A stretch of 64,000 nucleotides of DNA, taken from the NCBI GenBank assembly GCA_964016885.1, contig OZ024747.1:51088001-51152000 (forward strand), in the 5' to 3' direction. Position numbers and translations under genes: made by a program. The first letter of the stretch is position 1; the number at the start of each line of letters is the position of its first letter. The notes beneath the pieces were generated by a model. That model had not been told where the DNA came from. It saw only the letters and a list, made by a program, of their open reading frames with translations, and made no database searches. Positions 16,046 through 31,475 of the stretch are shown here, one piece after another. The DNA comes from Eledone cirrhosa. Its lineage: Eukaryota.

Positions 16046-16295
16046 CCCATCATTATTGGTGCTACGGGTTATATACCAACCCGCTTGGACCAAAGTATGT
16101 CTGAACTTGGATTTGCGGACAAAAAGCGCAGCTCCCTAATTCATAGTCTACAAATGGCTGCGATAGCTGGCACCTTCAGAATTTGCAAAACATTCTTGCG
16201 ATTCAAGGGATGACAATTTCTCTTCTTTTACAACCTTGCCACCAGGAAGGTGGCCGGTCAAAAAAATATACTCGAAATTAAGAGAAAGAGAAAAC
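16046..16295 (+). mobile_element. 5'-truncated R4/Dong-type (RLE) non-LTR retrotransposon 3' end in (TACA)n
   Basis: PIIIGATGYIP...LQMAAIAGTFRICKTFLRFKG* is a typical RLE C-terminus, followed by a short 3' UTR and (TACA)n. Confidence 0.75.
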
Positions 16296-16778
16296 ATAAA
16301 TACATACATAAATACATAGATACATACATAGATACATAGATACATACATAGATAGATAGATACATACATACATACATACATACATACATACATACATACA
16401 TACATACATACATACATCGATACAAACCCCAAATAACCCTCTTTATGATATTGGTGAAGACGGTAAGTGTGAATGCTTTCAGCATACTCTTGTGGGTAGA
16501 AAAACGTTAGTTGATAGAGTGTTACCGCCCCTGGTGGTTAACGCCATTTTGAATCCGTGAGATTCTTCAATCAGCCTTAATTATTCAGCTCTCTATAACT
16601 GGAGGACTGAATGTCTCATCTAACTCAATACTATATATACCTAACATGTATTCGATGTGTATATGTGAAGCCTATATTTTGTCCTAATTTCAATGTAAAC
16701 CCCGGACGTTGTAACACATCTTTGGGTCGTCTTGTCCATCTGATGACCGTGTGGAAAATAACAGAAAATCATCATTAC

Positions 16779-16809
<31 letters not shown>

Positions 16810-17110
16810 GTCGTCGTCAACGTCGTCGTCATCATCGTCGTCATCACATCAACATCATCATCATCATCATCATCATCATCATTGCTACCATCCTATTCCT
16901 CCGCCTCCTCATATATAGTCATCATCATCATCATCATCATCATTATTATCATCATACATTTTATCAACAGCAGCTGCTGCAGCATCATCGTTATCGTCGT
17001 CGTTGTTGTCGTTGTTGTCGTTGTTGTTGTTAGTGTTGAAATTATTATTATTATTTTTATTATTATTATTATTATTATTATATAATAATAATAATAATTA
17101 TTATAATAAG

Positions 17111-17532
17111 GGCCGTGTATTGGCAGTATCGGTAGAGGGTTGGAAGCCATGCTTTCTAGCATAGTTACGTCCCTTTACGGTCTGAGTTCAAATCCCGCCG
17201 AGGTCAACTTTGCCTTTCATCCTTACGGGGTTGATAAAATAAAGTACCAGTAATGTACTGTTTTATTGCTGGCCTTGTGCCAAAAGTAGAAACAATTATT
17301 ATTAATAATATTAATAATGGTTTCTTATATAGGCACAAGGCCAGCATATTTTGGGGGAGGGGGAAGTAGATTAAATCGATCCCAGTGCATGACTGGTACT
17401 TTACTTTATCGACCCCGTAAGGATGAAAGGTAAAGTTAACCTCGGCGGGATTTGAACTCAGACCATAAAGGGCCGTAACTCTTTGCTGCAAAGCATGGCG
17501 TCCGACCGTCTACCGATACTGCTAATCCACCG
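17111..17532. mobile_element. Inverted pair of abundant tRNA-derived SINEs (Meta/MESC-like central domain)
   Basis: tggcagtatcggtagag...gagttcaaatccc...gccgaggtcaactttgcctttcatcc...gataaaataaagtaccag; plus copy 17111-17300, minus copy 17318-17532. Confidence 0.85.
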
Positions 17533-18111
17533 AATAATAATAATATTAATTTAGTTAGTTAGATACGACTCTTGAAGTTTTAAGCCCAAATCCCAACGAG
17601 GTCAAATTTTATGTGACCTGATTCAATAAGATAAACCCCAGTGACCTGGTCCTATATATATATATTAAAAAAAAACCCCAAAAAACAAACAAACAAACAA
17701 ACAAAACAAAACAAGAAGGAAAACAATTGGCGTTATGCCCATGTAAGAACTCCTTATATCTGTGCGCCATCTTATTGCTACCACACGCACTATCCCAACA
17801 TATTGCTCTGTATTTCTACCCATCCTACATTTCGGCCATTTTGTTTTCTCTAACACAGTATGCTTTAATCTCTTCTTCTTGTGCAGTTATTAATCAGAGT
17901 TTCTATTTCATTCTTTAGTCCACCATCTTTGTTCCTTCACATTGTTCCTTCTGCTGCCCAGATCTTTTGTTTGCCTTTCAAACCTGCTCATGCAACACTT
18001 ACTATTCCAATGTTTCCATCCTCTCTGGTTTAAAAAAAAAAAAAAAAAGAATTCTTTTGTTTGTAATACTTTTCTCTTTTTATGTAGTCACCATTGATGT
18101 TGCTTGTTGTA

Positions 18112-18225
<114 letters not shown>

Positions 18226-18852
18226 TATATATATATATATATATATATACAAACAAACACATATATACACATACAGACACGCACGCACATGCACACACAC
18301 TGTGCACACAAGCCCTTATATATGCATAGACACACATACACATATACATACATACATAGATACATACATACATACACAGGCACTCACACACACATATATG
18401 CATACATACATACACATGCACTCACACACCTATATACATACATACACACATATATACATACATACACACACATACACTCACACACATATATACATACATA
18501 CACACACATACACTGACACACATATACACATATGTACGCACGCACACATACGCATATATACATACATACACACGCATGGACTCACGCACACCTAGATACA
18601 TACACACACATGGACTCACACACACCTATATACATACACACATGATCTCCCCCGCACACACTTACATACTCAAATACACGCATACACAGACACACGAATA
18701 TAATCCTCTGTTCAGTTCTCTATATAATTAATAAAAAAATATGTCTCCGTTGCATTGAGCACTGCTATGCCTCGTTCCTTTATGCACAAAGACACTCATA
18801 CAGTCGGACACACATACATAAAAATACACACGCAGACGCCAATATATATATA

Positions 18853-19394
18853 TGCGCTTTCATCAGATAAATTAGATTTGTTTTATAAATAAATATTGAC
18901 ATACCCGGAAAAAAAGACAACCTTAAGCTCCAACCGTTAAGATTGTCTTTTTTTCCGAGTATGTCAATATTTATTTATAAAACAAATCTATTTTATCTGA
19001 CGAAAGCGCACCATAATTTGCCTTGGTTGCCATTGAAATATATCTAATAAAATAAATATGGTTTTATAAATATAGTTTCCAGTTATTAATATATTGTGTA
19101 TTTACTCCACTAAACTGTTGAGTGCTTTATATCAGTTATAAAAATTGTTAAGCTTGTTAAGCAAATTAAATATAATAATTAAATATATATATATTGTCTG
19201 ATGAAAACGTACTTAAACACCATTGTACCTTTGAAATATCTATAATAAAATATATATTTTCATTATGAGAATATTTGTCATTTATTAACATTTTGAATAA
19301 TATTAAAAACTCCAGGAAAATTATATGTTGAGTGCTTCTAATCTATTGTAATATTGTATTCGTTGAGTAATCAACGAATCATATTAATCTTTGG

Positions 19395-19397
<3 letters not shown>
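18853..19397. mobile_element. Two adjacent family-B HHR elements (HHRs 18989-19054 and 19193-19250, plus)
   Basis: Inverted repeat 18853-19009; CTGACGA and CTGATGA cores with GAAAT; family 3' end aatctttggtta then (TA)n. Confidence 0.7.
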
Positions 19398-19445
<48 letters not shown>

Positions 19446-19973
19446 TCCATATTTTGTGTTGTTTGATTCATTATTCTGGATGTAATCCATTATACACTGT
19501 TTTCAGTTATCTGGTCTGTCTATACATTACATCAAGAACATTTCTCAACCAACTGAAGGTCGACTGATGAAGAATATTTTACCATCAGTATTGTCCATGT
19601 GTTGATTACTTTAATGGGTTTCCTTCTATTAAATATTCTTTCTAGAATATTCTAGACCATTTGCATTCTTTCCCAACCTTATCTTTCATATCCTTCTGTT
19701 TTTCTCTTCCACCTCCCCTGCCCCAACTTTGGACTGTTTCAACTGTTTGTTGTACGTAAGGGTAATTCTTTAAGACATTTTCCATTATTTTCGGTAGAGT
19801 CTCCGACAAAACACCTTGCACAATTTACTTAGTTTCTGATTTTTAATACCGTTCCTTATTCACTTCACATGTTAGCTTAAAATTATTACTTTGTGTTAGA
19901 AATGATAATAATAAATATATTAATAAAAATAATAATGTTAATAATAATAAATATATTAACAATAATAATTAAT

Positions 19974-20667
19974 GTTTTATTAGCCACACAGGGCTCACAT
20001 TAAGGACACATTATAGAGGATACAGAACGATACGGTGAGGGTTTTTCTTTGAGTAAAATAAAATTGATACAAGAGACTAAGAAAATAAACATTTAAAACA
20101 AGCATAACAACTCCTCCAAAGTTGAGGAGACTCTAAGGGTCACTCGTGTAGATATCTCAGAAAAGCCACAGTCACCCTGCCCGCTAGGGAAAAATGCCCT
20201 GTCCCAGTCTTTCTACTCCAATCTAAAGGTGTATGCTTAAGGCAGGCCCATTCACACGGACCATGCTCGCCACTCTCCCCCGCCTTTCAACAAAATAGTT
20301 GGAAGGCAGCGCTTCCCTCTCAATCCTGATTTTCCTCTTGAAGTGAAATCTGAAAAAGTTAATCAGAGCTTCGCCAAAGAGTAAGATGGCTGTCTTCCTC
20401 CCTCTCAAATGCGTCCAAAACATGACCTCTTTCGCCATGCCTACCAAGCAGATAAAAACTGCCTGTCCTTCCCCTCGAAAGGAGGACGGTGGGGCGATCT
20501 TCACAATGGTCTCAGTTGATAGTCGGATCCATCCTACGCGACACGTGACAGCAGCTGCGCGACATAAACCCACAGGTCAGCAATACTCGGACACTCGACA
20601 GGTGCATACGTAACTGCTTCGTCGTCCTGCACGCACCTCGGACAGGCCCGATTGATGGCACTTCCAA
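19974..20667 (-). mobile_element. Tx1/L1-clade LINE 3' fragment
   Basis: CPRC..DEAVTY..VECP..ADLW Zn-knuckle relic, then AKEVMFW..; 3' end tgtggctaataaaac; 5' side cut by a SINE fragment (20669-20762). Confidence 0.7.
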
Positions 20668-20874
20668 CAATAATTGTTTCTACTTTAGGCACAAGGCCAG
20701 CAATTACCCAGTACATTACTGGTACTTTATTTTATCGACCCCGTAAGGATGAAAGGCAAAGTCAACAACAATAATGATAATATATTTCGTTGGTTTTCTT
20801 ATTATAATCATTGATGTTGGGTTGGCAGAATCGTTTGAGCGCCGGACAAAATGCTTTACGGCATTTAATTACGA

Positions 20875-20920
<46 letters not shown>

Positions 20921-21424
20921 TAGCTGTATGTGTCTGTGTGAGCGTGCATGCGTGTGTTTATATTTCACTGACATTTCGCATGACTACTTGTCGCACAGCA
21001 GGGAGTATAGCCTCTTTCTCAGATACATACTTTTTCTCTTTATTGCTCTTGGTTTCTCTTACTCTCACATCTCACCCCCCCCCCCTCTTTCTCTCTTACC
21101 CTCACATCTCTCTCTCACTATCCCTCTCTCTTACTCTCATAACTTTCCCCCTCTCTCTCTCACTCTCGCTCTCTCTCTTGCTCTCACATCTCTCCCCCTC
21201 TATTACTCTCACATCTCCCCCCTCCTCTCTCTCTCTCTCTTACTCTCACATCTCTCCTTCTCTCTTACTCTCACATTTCTCCCACCCCCTCTGTCTCTCT
21301 CCACTATTCTCCCCTTTTCGCTAGCACTACTACGTTCTCCTTCCATTGTGAGAGGATAAGGTAAACCAACGAACGAAAAAATTTAACATATGGAGTCACG
21401 AATTATTTCTATTGATGTCTATAC

Positions 21425-22216
21425 CAGGGCCCTGAAACATGCGGTCCCCGCGCTGCATGCAGCCCGCTAACATCAGTTCTATGAACTTCGGTAGAACAAT
21501 TTTTGAGACCAATATTTTCTTAAAACTTGGTAATGTGTCCCTCTTCCTCGTGTATGTATATAGGTGTGTAATTAAATATATGAATTGGGGCTTAATAAAA
21601 TTTTAAACTGAAATGTTTCTTCAATTTTGTACTTATATTATACACATATCCCACTTACTATCATATGCGTATTCATTTTGAGGAAAGAAAACAAAACAAA
21701 TAGCTGTCTATCAGCTATATTGCCGATTAGCATTATAAATGGTGGATGGCAGTATCGGTAGAGGGTTGGACGCCATGCTTTCTAGCATAGTTACGTCCCT
21801 TTACGATCCGAGTTCAAATCTCGCCGAGGTTGACTTTGCCTTTCATCCTTACGGGGTCGATAAAATAAAGTACCAGTAATGTACTGGATAATTGCTGGCC
21901 TTGTGCCTAAAGTAGAAACAATTATAAATGGTGGATGGCAGTATCGGTAGAGGGTTGGACGCCATGCTTTCTAGCATAGTTACGTCCCTTTACGATCCGA
22001 GTTCAAATCTCGCCGAGGTTGACTTTGCCTTTCATCCTTACGGGGTCGATAAAATAAAGTACCAGTAATGTATTGGGTAATTGCTGGCCTTGTGCCTAAA
22101 GTAGAAACAATTATAAATGGTGGATATCACGACACCTACCATCTTATTTTTGGCCCGCTGTGCCTCTATCTAAAGACGTAAGGGTTAATTCGAGTCTGTA
22201 AGTTTGAGAACTATGA
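21425..22216. mobile_element. Decayed hAT-like MITE interrupted by two SINEs
   Basis: cagggccctgaaacatgcggtcccc...gcccg start; tggcccgc...aagtttgagaac end. Confidence 0.5.
21741..22113 (+). mobile_element. Tandem duplicated SINE (2 x ~188 bp)
   Basis: Two near-identical units separated and flanked by attataaatggtggat. Confidence 0.85.
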
Positions 22217-22461
22217 TTTATCAGATAATGAAGACTATGAATTAAAATAGATTAAGTGAAATAGTTTATTTCATATTTATCGTATTGTTTGTATCATACT
22301 TGGAAACTGACGTTCACAGTGCAGTTCTAATTATGATCCTCTTCAAACTATATCAACCACACAGTGACAATACAATAGATACCAGTGATAAAATTGTTAT
22401 GATTTATTAAGTTTTCTTATAATATCGATTTGTCATAATGAAGCGTTAATAATAGCTTGAT

Positions 22462-22850
22462 TTAGGCACAAGGCCAACAATTTCGGTGGAGGTGAAAGTG
22501 AATTAAATGGACCCCTGTGCGTGACTGGTTCTTTATTTTATTGACCCCGTAAGGATGAAAGGCAAAGTTAACCTCAGTAGGATTTGAATTCAGACCGTAA
22601 AGGACCGTAACTCTATGATGCAAAGTATGGTGTCCGATTCGACCGATACTGCCAATCCACCGCCCTTAGTGTATCATTAATAATTGTTTCTACTATTGGC
22701 ACAAGGCAGCAATTACCCCAGTATATTACTGGTACTTTGGGGAGGGGAAAATCGATTAAATCGACCTCAGTACAGTACATTACTGGTACTTTATTTTATC
22801 GACCCCGTAAGGATGAAAGGCAAAGTGAACTCAGACCGCAAAGGACCGTA
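22462..22850 (-). mobile_element. Two SINE copies (one full, one rearranged)
   Basis: Reverse complement of the SINE consensus. Confidence 0.8.
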
Positions 22851-23586
22851 GCATAGCGTTACGGCGATACAGTAGTACATTAGTAACTAAAATCACTACG
22901 CGTCATCAAAATACTCTCAACTGATTGGCCACTTGTTATGAAATTTACTTGAGGCAAGGAGTCGATTCAATTCTTCGGCTCCTCCATAAGAATTCAACAA
23001 ATATATCTCAAGTCAAACACAAATTAACGAGTGAAAAAATCAGTTATTAGAGAAAATCTATCTAGATTCGCTGTTCAATAGAATTTTAGCATTCGGCTTT
23101 AGTATCCAAGTACCATGGTGGATACGGTACAGCAGTAAACAATGGTAGTGCCTAAAACTTTTCCGAACATTAAATGCCAACAGGCGTTTAGAAAGCGATA
23201 TAGAATTAGAACGCTGGTTAGAATTCGAATTCGGGGTATTTCGAGTAACTACGTGCGTAAAACCGGTCAATTTCAAAACGTACATGATTCAATGGGTGAG
23301 TGGCAGAGAAAGATAGAACATGTATTAGAGTGTATATTAAACTAAACACAATAACAAATATGGGAAATTGCTCAACTTACTCTCATTGTGAATCTGCTAG
23401 TTGGGAGAAGATAATAAGTTGGCGGGACTAGCATAAGGTTTCCCTGCTAGTACCGCTTGCATCTCAGCGAACTCAATAAGTAAGGTTATGTCAAATCCCA
23501 GAGTAGACAAAGTTATTTGCCTCAATAAAACACACGCAAATGGGTGCCATAAATGTATACCCGCACTCGAGTTTCGGCAACATTTA

Positions 23587-23660
<74 letters not shown>

Positions 23661-23883
23661 TTATATATATATATATAATCAAAATAATCTAATATAACAC
23701 CAAAATCATTTTTAAAATAAATTAATAAGTATAATGAAAACATATGGGAACAATGACAACAACAGCAACAAGAATAACAACAATAACCATAATAATAATA
23801 TCAACAACACCAACATTGATAACAAAAAGTGTTCTTCAAACACCAAGCTTTTGGGTGTAAATTAGAATAAATATATCATAATA

Positions 23884-24067
23884 TAATTGTTTCTACTTTT
23901 GGCACAAGACCACCAATTACCCAGTGCATTACTGGTTCTTTATTTTATCGACCCCGTAAGGATGAAAGGCAAAGTTAACCTCGGCGGGATTTGAACTCAG
24001 AATGGCAAGGGCTGTAACTCTATGCGTCAAAGCATGGCGTCCGACCCTCTACCGATACTGCCAATCC
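23884..24067 (-). mobile_element. SINE copy
   Basis: Full reverse-complement match to the SINE consensus. Confidence 0.85.
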
Positions 24068-24291
24068 TATAAAATCATTTGCATTTGTATTATTAGTTTC
24101 ATTATTGTTGTTATAATGATTTGATTTTTCTATTTCACTTCACCATTTTGTAAGCTGAATTGTTATTTCGTCTGAAGAGAGAGAATTCTTTAACTTTTTG
24201 TAGAGTTTGTGATACTTTTTTCTAAAGAGTGATTTAAGAATGTCACACAGAACATTCAAAGCTTTTCTCACTCCGTTCACATCCTCTAATT

Positions 24292-24802
24292 CGGTGGTTC
24301 TCAAAGTAGGCGCTAAGGCCCCCCCCCCCCCCCCCAACCCGGTTGGCGTTGAGAAGGTTCAGGGTGTGGTAGGGATGATATAATAGTATATCATTTATCA
24401 AATGATATACATTATATATGACTATAGCAAAATAAAAAAGATATAACTTATACGTAGTATATATTATATTATTTGTTAGGATAGGCAGTATCGGTAGAGG
24501 GTCAGACACCATGCTTTCCAGCATAGTTACGTCCCTTAACGATCTGAGTTCAAATCCCGCCGAGGTTAACTTTGCCTTTCATCCATACGGGGTCGATAAA
24601 ATAAAGTACCAGTAATGTACTGGGTAATAGTAGGCCTTGTGCCAAAAAGTAGAAACAATTATTTGTTATATACAAATTAACGATTTTATTTATTACATAT
24701 TATTTACAATTTGCGTGTAGGTAGGTTGTGTGTTTTGGACTTGGGGTATTACGTGGCCATGAGGGGGGCGGGGGCGGTGGCCTAAAATGATTGAGAACCT
24801 CT
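24292..24802. mobile_element. hAT-like MITE with nested SINE (24483-24661, plus)
   Basis: TIR-like ends cggtggttctcaa ... ttgagaacctct. Confidence 0.6.
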
Positions 24803-25045
24803 CATATACCTTAATAGCCAAAAAAGTGTGTATATTTTGTCAGTCAGTCTATCTATCTATAAAGAAATATATCTATCTATCTAACTCTCCCTTTCTCTTT
24901 CTCTATCTATCAACCAAACTACCCATTTGTATGTATGTATGTATGTATGTATGTATGTATGTATGTATGTATGTATGTATGTATGTATGCATGCATGCAT
25001 GCATGCATGTATGTATGTATGCATGTATTTATGTATTTATGTATG

Positions 25046-25511
25046 CAAAACCTGTCAAAGGGCAAAGGAGCTCTTAAGAGTCAATGACCATCCAAAATCA
25101 CCGGGAGAGATGACCCCTTAGCCTTTGTCAAGGCAGAATTCTAGGAGAAGGAAAACTCTGATATAACACCTGCAACCCTGATGGTATCCAATGATGTTGA
25201 CTTGTTCTTCTTTTTGGTAAATATCATCTTGATTAAGAGAGTGGGACTGGCTTTGTGCAGTGCCTTTGCTCACTATAAAAGCTTCACGGCACAGGCATTG
25301 CTTTATATCTGGAGATCTCTCTGCACTCGTCGTCACATGGTACCATGGGCCCAACACTATGTGTCAATAATTGTCACAAGTGTAGTGTTTGTACCAGAGT
25401 TTTCAAGTCGCTGACTGGACTAAAAATTCACACTCGTTCAGCGCATCGGCAGGGGTTCTCCTACAAGGATATAAAGTAGTGGCCGCACTCGAAAACGAGT
25501 TGGCAGCCACC
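25046..25511 (+). mobile_element. 5'-truncated copy of the RTE-like element
   Basis: Matches ~2687-3153 with the same 3' end gagttggcagccacc. Confidence 0.75.
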
Positions 25512-25538
25512 ATATATGTATTTATGTTTGTTTGTATA

Positions 25539-25965
25539 TAATTGTTTCTACTTTTGGCACAAGGCCAGCAATTATTCCAGTGTATTACTGGTACTTTATT
25601 ATATCGACCCCGTAAGGATGAAAGGCAAAGTTAACATCGGCGGGATTTGAACTCAGTCCGTAAAGGGACGTAACTGTGCTGCAAAGCATGGCGTCTGACC
25701 CTCTACCGATACTGCCAATCCACCACCCTTTGTTTGTATATAATGTATGTGTATTACTATATATATACACATACATTGGTGGATTGGCAGTATCGGTAGA
25801 GGGTCGGACGTCATGCTTTGACGCATAGAGTTACGGCCCTTGCCATTCTGAGTTCAAATCCCGCCGAGGTTAACTTTGCCTTTTATCCTTACGAGGACGA
25901 TAAAATAAAGTACCAGTAATACACGGGGATAATTGCTGGCCTTGTGCCAAAAGTAGAAACAATTA
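25539..25965. mobile_element. Head-to-head SINE pair
   Basis: Minus copy 25539-25727, plus copy 25777-25965. Confidence 0.85.
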
Positions 25966-26415
25966 TCGATATTACACCATATTGGCAGGCTGTTCCTGAA
26001 TCGAATTTTCTAATTTCTATCTCCAATCTTTTGTATTTCCTATCTTCCATTCTAGGTTTGAGTTCAACTTAAACCTGTTACATAATTTTGCTGATAACAC
26101 CTGATGAAATCGCCCTGTCTTGCATCGCATTCGGATGATATAGCTGGGCCATCAAATATGTATAGTACTCGCGCAGACCTAAAATTCTAAATTAAATTTT
26201 CCAGTCCGCCCGGTCTTCTGTTGTTGTTTTAATGTATATATATAAATAAATATATATATATTATATATATATATTAGTGTGTGTATGTGTGTGTGTGTGC
26301 GTGTATGTGTGTGTATGTATATAAATATATATATATATATGATATATATATATATATGTATATATAATATATATATACATCTCTCTCTCTCTATATATAT
26401 ATGTGTGTATATATA

Positions 26416-26598
<183 letters not shown>

Positions 26599-26599
26599 T

Positions 26600-26631
<32 letters not shown>

Positions 26632-26658
26632 CGACGATCTAGTTATTATTATCGTTTA

Positions 26659-26842
26659 GTGGATTGGCAGTATCGGTAGAGGGTCGGACGCCATGCTTTC
26701 CAGCATAGTTACGTCCCTTTACGATCTGAGTTCAAATCCCGCCGAGGTTGACTTTGCCTTTCATCCTTACGGGGTCGATAAAATAAAGTACCAGTAATGC
26801 ACTGGGTAATTGCTGGCCTTGTGCCAAAAGTAGAAACAATTA
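26659..26842 (+). mobile_element. SINE copy with TSD attatcgttta
   Basis: Direct repeat on both sides. Confidence 0.85.
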
Positions 26843-27154
26843 TCGTTTATCTTTCATAATCTCATGTTAATTTTTCGTCAGTTTAATCTTAAAATGGTAG
26901 CTTTCGCATTATGTTTGGCTATTAAGACCCCTTAGGTTTAATACACTATACGTGTACATATGTGTATGTATATATATATATATATATACTTATATATGCA
27001 TATATATATATAATGTATATGCATATATATTCATATACGTACATATAAACATGTATGTACATATATTATGTGTATGTGTATAGACATTTATACATGCATA
27101 TATATATATACCTACACTATGTGTATACACATATATTTATATATATACATGTAT

Positions 27155-27195
<41 letters not shown>

Positions 27196-28149
27196 CATAC
27201 ATATACATATATATATATATATATATATACAGAAACAAACGACCCTTGCCTTTAAATGGTGTTAAGTATATCCACAGCTCTATGAGGTGTCATAGGTTTT
27301 ATCTGCTTGCACACGTATTATTATTATTACTTTTACTTACACAAATGAACCTGATTTTTCATGCTGAAATAAACCTAAAACAAACCCAAGCCTCAGCTGC
27401 ATCAAATAAATACACAAATGAATAAAGAAACAAATATGCAAATATAAATATAATGAATATATAAAAATATATGAATATATAAAGAAATCTATAATGGGTT
27501 TGAACGAAACTAAATATCTACGGGCCATCATATTTGTTATTATCCTTGTAATCATTGTTATTGTTATTGTTGTTGTTGTTGTTGTCGGCGTTTATAATAA
27601 CAGCCCAGTGGGAATTAATAAACCGAGGGCTATAAAATATGAAGCTTAAAATGGCAGTTAGGAAAATACGTCATCCACCCAACTTGACACAACGTTTTCA
27701 AAATTGATTAAAGGTGGAAGTGAATGTCTGTATATGTGTGTGTATATGTGTATATGTGTGTGTGTGTTTTATGCCGCCCTTAAGTGCACCCGAGTGAAGG
27801 GTGGTGATAAAAGCTCTATAAGTATAGAAGATGTTTTGAACGGGTGGTTAAGGAGCTGGGTTGGGTTTCAATATTGAAATTATTTAATCAGCAAAAATAA
27901 CTGTTTTTCTTTTATACATATATATATATATTATATATATATTTTATATTTGTTTCATGTACATCCCACACCCGATTAAGCACTTTTTTCCTCCATCTCT
28001 CTCTATTCCCCTCCCCCTCTCCCCCCTACCCTCTCCCTCCCCTCTCCCCCTCTCTCTCCCTCTCTCTCTTTCTCTCTCAGTACACCTATATGTTCTTTTA
28101 TTCATTTATTAGTTAGTCATTAGACTGCGGCTATGATAGAGAACCGCTT

Positions 28150-28212
<63 letters not shown>

Positions 28213-29491
28213 CATGTATATCTATCAGTACCCACATCTTCCTTTTCTATGTTATAAATTGTAAAGGTATTTTGTCGGGTATCTAGGATGCGGAAGGGGG
28301 TTTAAATGAATTGATAAATAAAATAAAATAAACCAAAATAAAATAAAATAAATATTCTCATAGGATGAGCTGGAAGTATCAATTGTGCAGCAGCTAAATG
28401 CAGCATGCACAACGATAGACAAAAAAAAAAATTAGGAAAGAGTGAGTTAATGTTTGAGGGGGGGGGGGGGAGAAAAGGAGAGATAAAATGAGAAGGAGGT
28501 GAGTGGTATTTGCATTATTACAGTTTTTTGGCTAGGTTTTCATGCAATTTCACAAATCGACGAGTTTCAACTCTTCGTTGACCTTCTCAATGTTTTTATT
28601 TCTACATGTTGTTTTATCCCCCCCTCTCCTCGCCCCTCCACACCAGAACCAGACTTTCCCTTCTCCTCCTTTAATTTATAAATTACAATGGCTACGTTGA
28701 AAGTTAGAGAAGACTTGATAGGATTTATGGTTCTTACTGATGACGGACAACGAATTTCGCAACATTTACACATATCTTTCCCTCCTCCCCATTTTTGTTT
28801 TTATCTACATTATTCCATCCATAAACAATCTAAAAATTAGGTAGTTGATTACCCGCTTCAACCGCCATTTAATTCGTTTTTTTTTTCTTCCTTTATTTAA
28901 TGTTACTTTCCAGATATCAAGAAAAAAAAAAGCAGTTTATGCTTTAAACTATCGCAGATTTCCTTTCCCATTATGGGCTGTGCTCAGTTTAGATAAACAC
29001 CATTTTTTCCTTGGTTAGCTCATCCATTTGCCGTCAACATGTATGATGGATAGCTAGGAGGGAGTCGTTTTCACTTGTATTGTTTTCGTTCAACTTAAGA
29101 AAGATGCTTAAACTTTCCAGGTGATAAGTAACTGGAACTTGGATGCTCACGGGTATTGTGTTAAAGCTCAATTATTTTGAGCTGTAAGAGAAATAACCAA
29201 AGTGTGAAACTACGACTAAAAGAGAGGGCTCAACCGGTACATCCGCCCAGGAGTCAAAGAGTTAAGGAAGAAGTCTGCGAGTATTCGTTCATCCCTGAAA
29301 GTATATCTCTCAGATCACTGAAAATTTGACGACCGACGGAAGTCTCGACCCAGCACTCTCTAGAGCTCGTCTAGTTCTGCTTTGCACGATTTCTCATCAA
29401 TATATTATTTACTTGAAAATGTAAAATCTTTTCTATACACAATATGTTGACAGCATTGCCGATGTAGGTGAACAAAGCATTCATTATATGA

Positions 29492-29867
29492 TGGTGGATT
29501 GGCAGTATCGGTAGAGGGTCGGACGCCATTCCAGCATAGTTACGTCCCTTTACGATCTGAGTTCAAATCCCGCCGAGGTTGACTTTGCCTTTCATCCTTA
29601 CAGGGTCGATAAAATAAAGTACCAGTAATGCACTGGGTAATTGCTGGTCTTGTGACTAAAGTAGAAACAATTATATGATGGTGGATTGGCAGTATCGGTA
29701 GAGGGTCGGACGCCTTGCTTTGCAGCAAAGAGTTACGGCCCTTTATGGTCTGAGTTCAATTCCTGCCGAGGTTAACTTTGCCTTTCATCCTTACGGGGTC
29801 GATAAAATAAAGTACTAGTAATACACTGAGATAATTGCTGGCCTTGTGCCAAAAGTAGAAACAATTA
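29492..29867 (+). mobile_element. Tandem of two different SINE subfamilies
   Basis: attatatgat occurs before, between and after the units; the units differ at diagnostic sites. Confidence 0.85.
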
Positions 29868-30459
29868 TATGATGACTGATGATAGTGGTGATGGTTGAGG
29901 GGTGGTGCTGATGGTGGTAGTAGTAGTAGTAGTATCTGGATTATCTATCTCCCACACATAGAGGAAATGCTACTTGAGAATTTCGTACATATGCTTACTG
30001 GTCGATGAAGGGATTAACACGTATGACCGGTAACATATCAATGGAACTTTAAATCTCGTTTGGACTTTTGTCTGAAGAGAACACGTAGGGCAGTTGTTAT
30101 ACAATTGACTCATGCCTTTGAAATAGGTATAACAAAATAAATAGGGACAGACAAATCAAACCGTCTTTCTTGTTTATTATATATAACAAACACCACCAAC
30201 ACCGCCACCACCATCACCAACACCACCACTATCATGACTACCATCAAAACTACCACGGGTGTGAGGGTGAATTGGGCTGTCCAACTCACCAATTCTCGAA
30301 ACTATAAAAGTAATTTGAGGCACAACCCTTCATTTTCTGACGAAAAAAACCTGCTTGAATAGTTAAGGACTTCGCTTCGTAAGCATATATGCTTGGGTTC
30401 AGTCCCGCTAAAGTGTTTTCTGCTATAAACTCGGGTTGATCAAAACTCCAGAACCTCGT

Positions 30460-30511
<52 letters not shown>

Positions 30512-30578
30512 CTTGACCAACCAGTCTGTCGGACGCCAATCGGCGCCGCTGGTCACAGCACGTTGTGCTGTTTTAAGC

Positions 30579-31050
<472 letters not shown>

Positions 31051-31067
31051 CTCTCTCTATATATATA

Positions 31068-31426
31068 TATATTAATTCAAAATATTAACAAAATAGATAT
31101 TCTTGTGATCAAGTATATTTTATTATACATATTTCAGAGTTACTGAGTTAACTTCAACAGTACGTCCTCATCAGATAAAATAAGATGATGCATGACATAC
31201 CCTGACATAGTAGATGGTTAAGATTCAGTCATGGTAGTGACTCACTACCATGACTGAATCTACCTCTGAAATATGTATAATAAAATATACTTCATCACAA
31301 GAATATCTATTTTGTTAATATTTTGAATTAATATTAATAACTCCGGTAAACCATATTTCGGTTGAGTGCTTCCAATCTATTGTAAAACTCATTCTTTGAT
31401 TTATTCATTGAACCTTGTTTAACCTT

Positions 31427-31430
<4 letters not shown>
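31068..31430. mobile_element. Family-B fold-back element (HHR 31117-31181, minus)
   Basis: attttat-CTGATGA-ggacgtactg...cagtaactct-GAA-atatgtat-A-ataaaat; the right arm lacks the 5' half of the HHR. Confidence 0.7.

Positions 31431-31475
<45 letters not shown>

Noticed and set aside
23142-23345. ORF faintly like a mariner transposase N-terminus (QQAFRKRY..KTG)
   Set aside because: Too short and degenerate, and no TIRs found.
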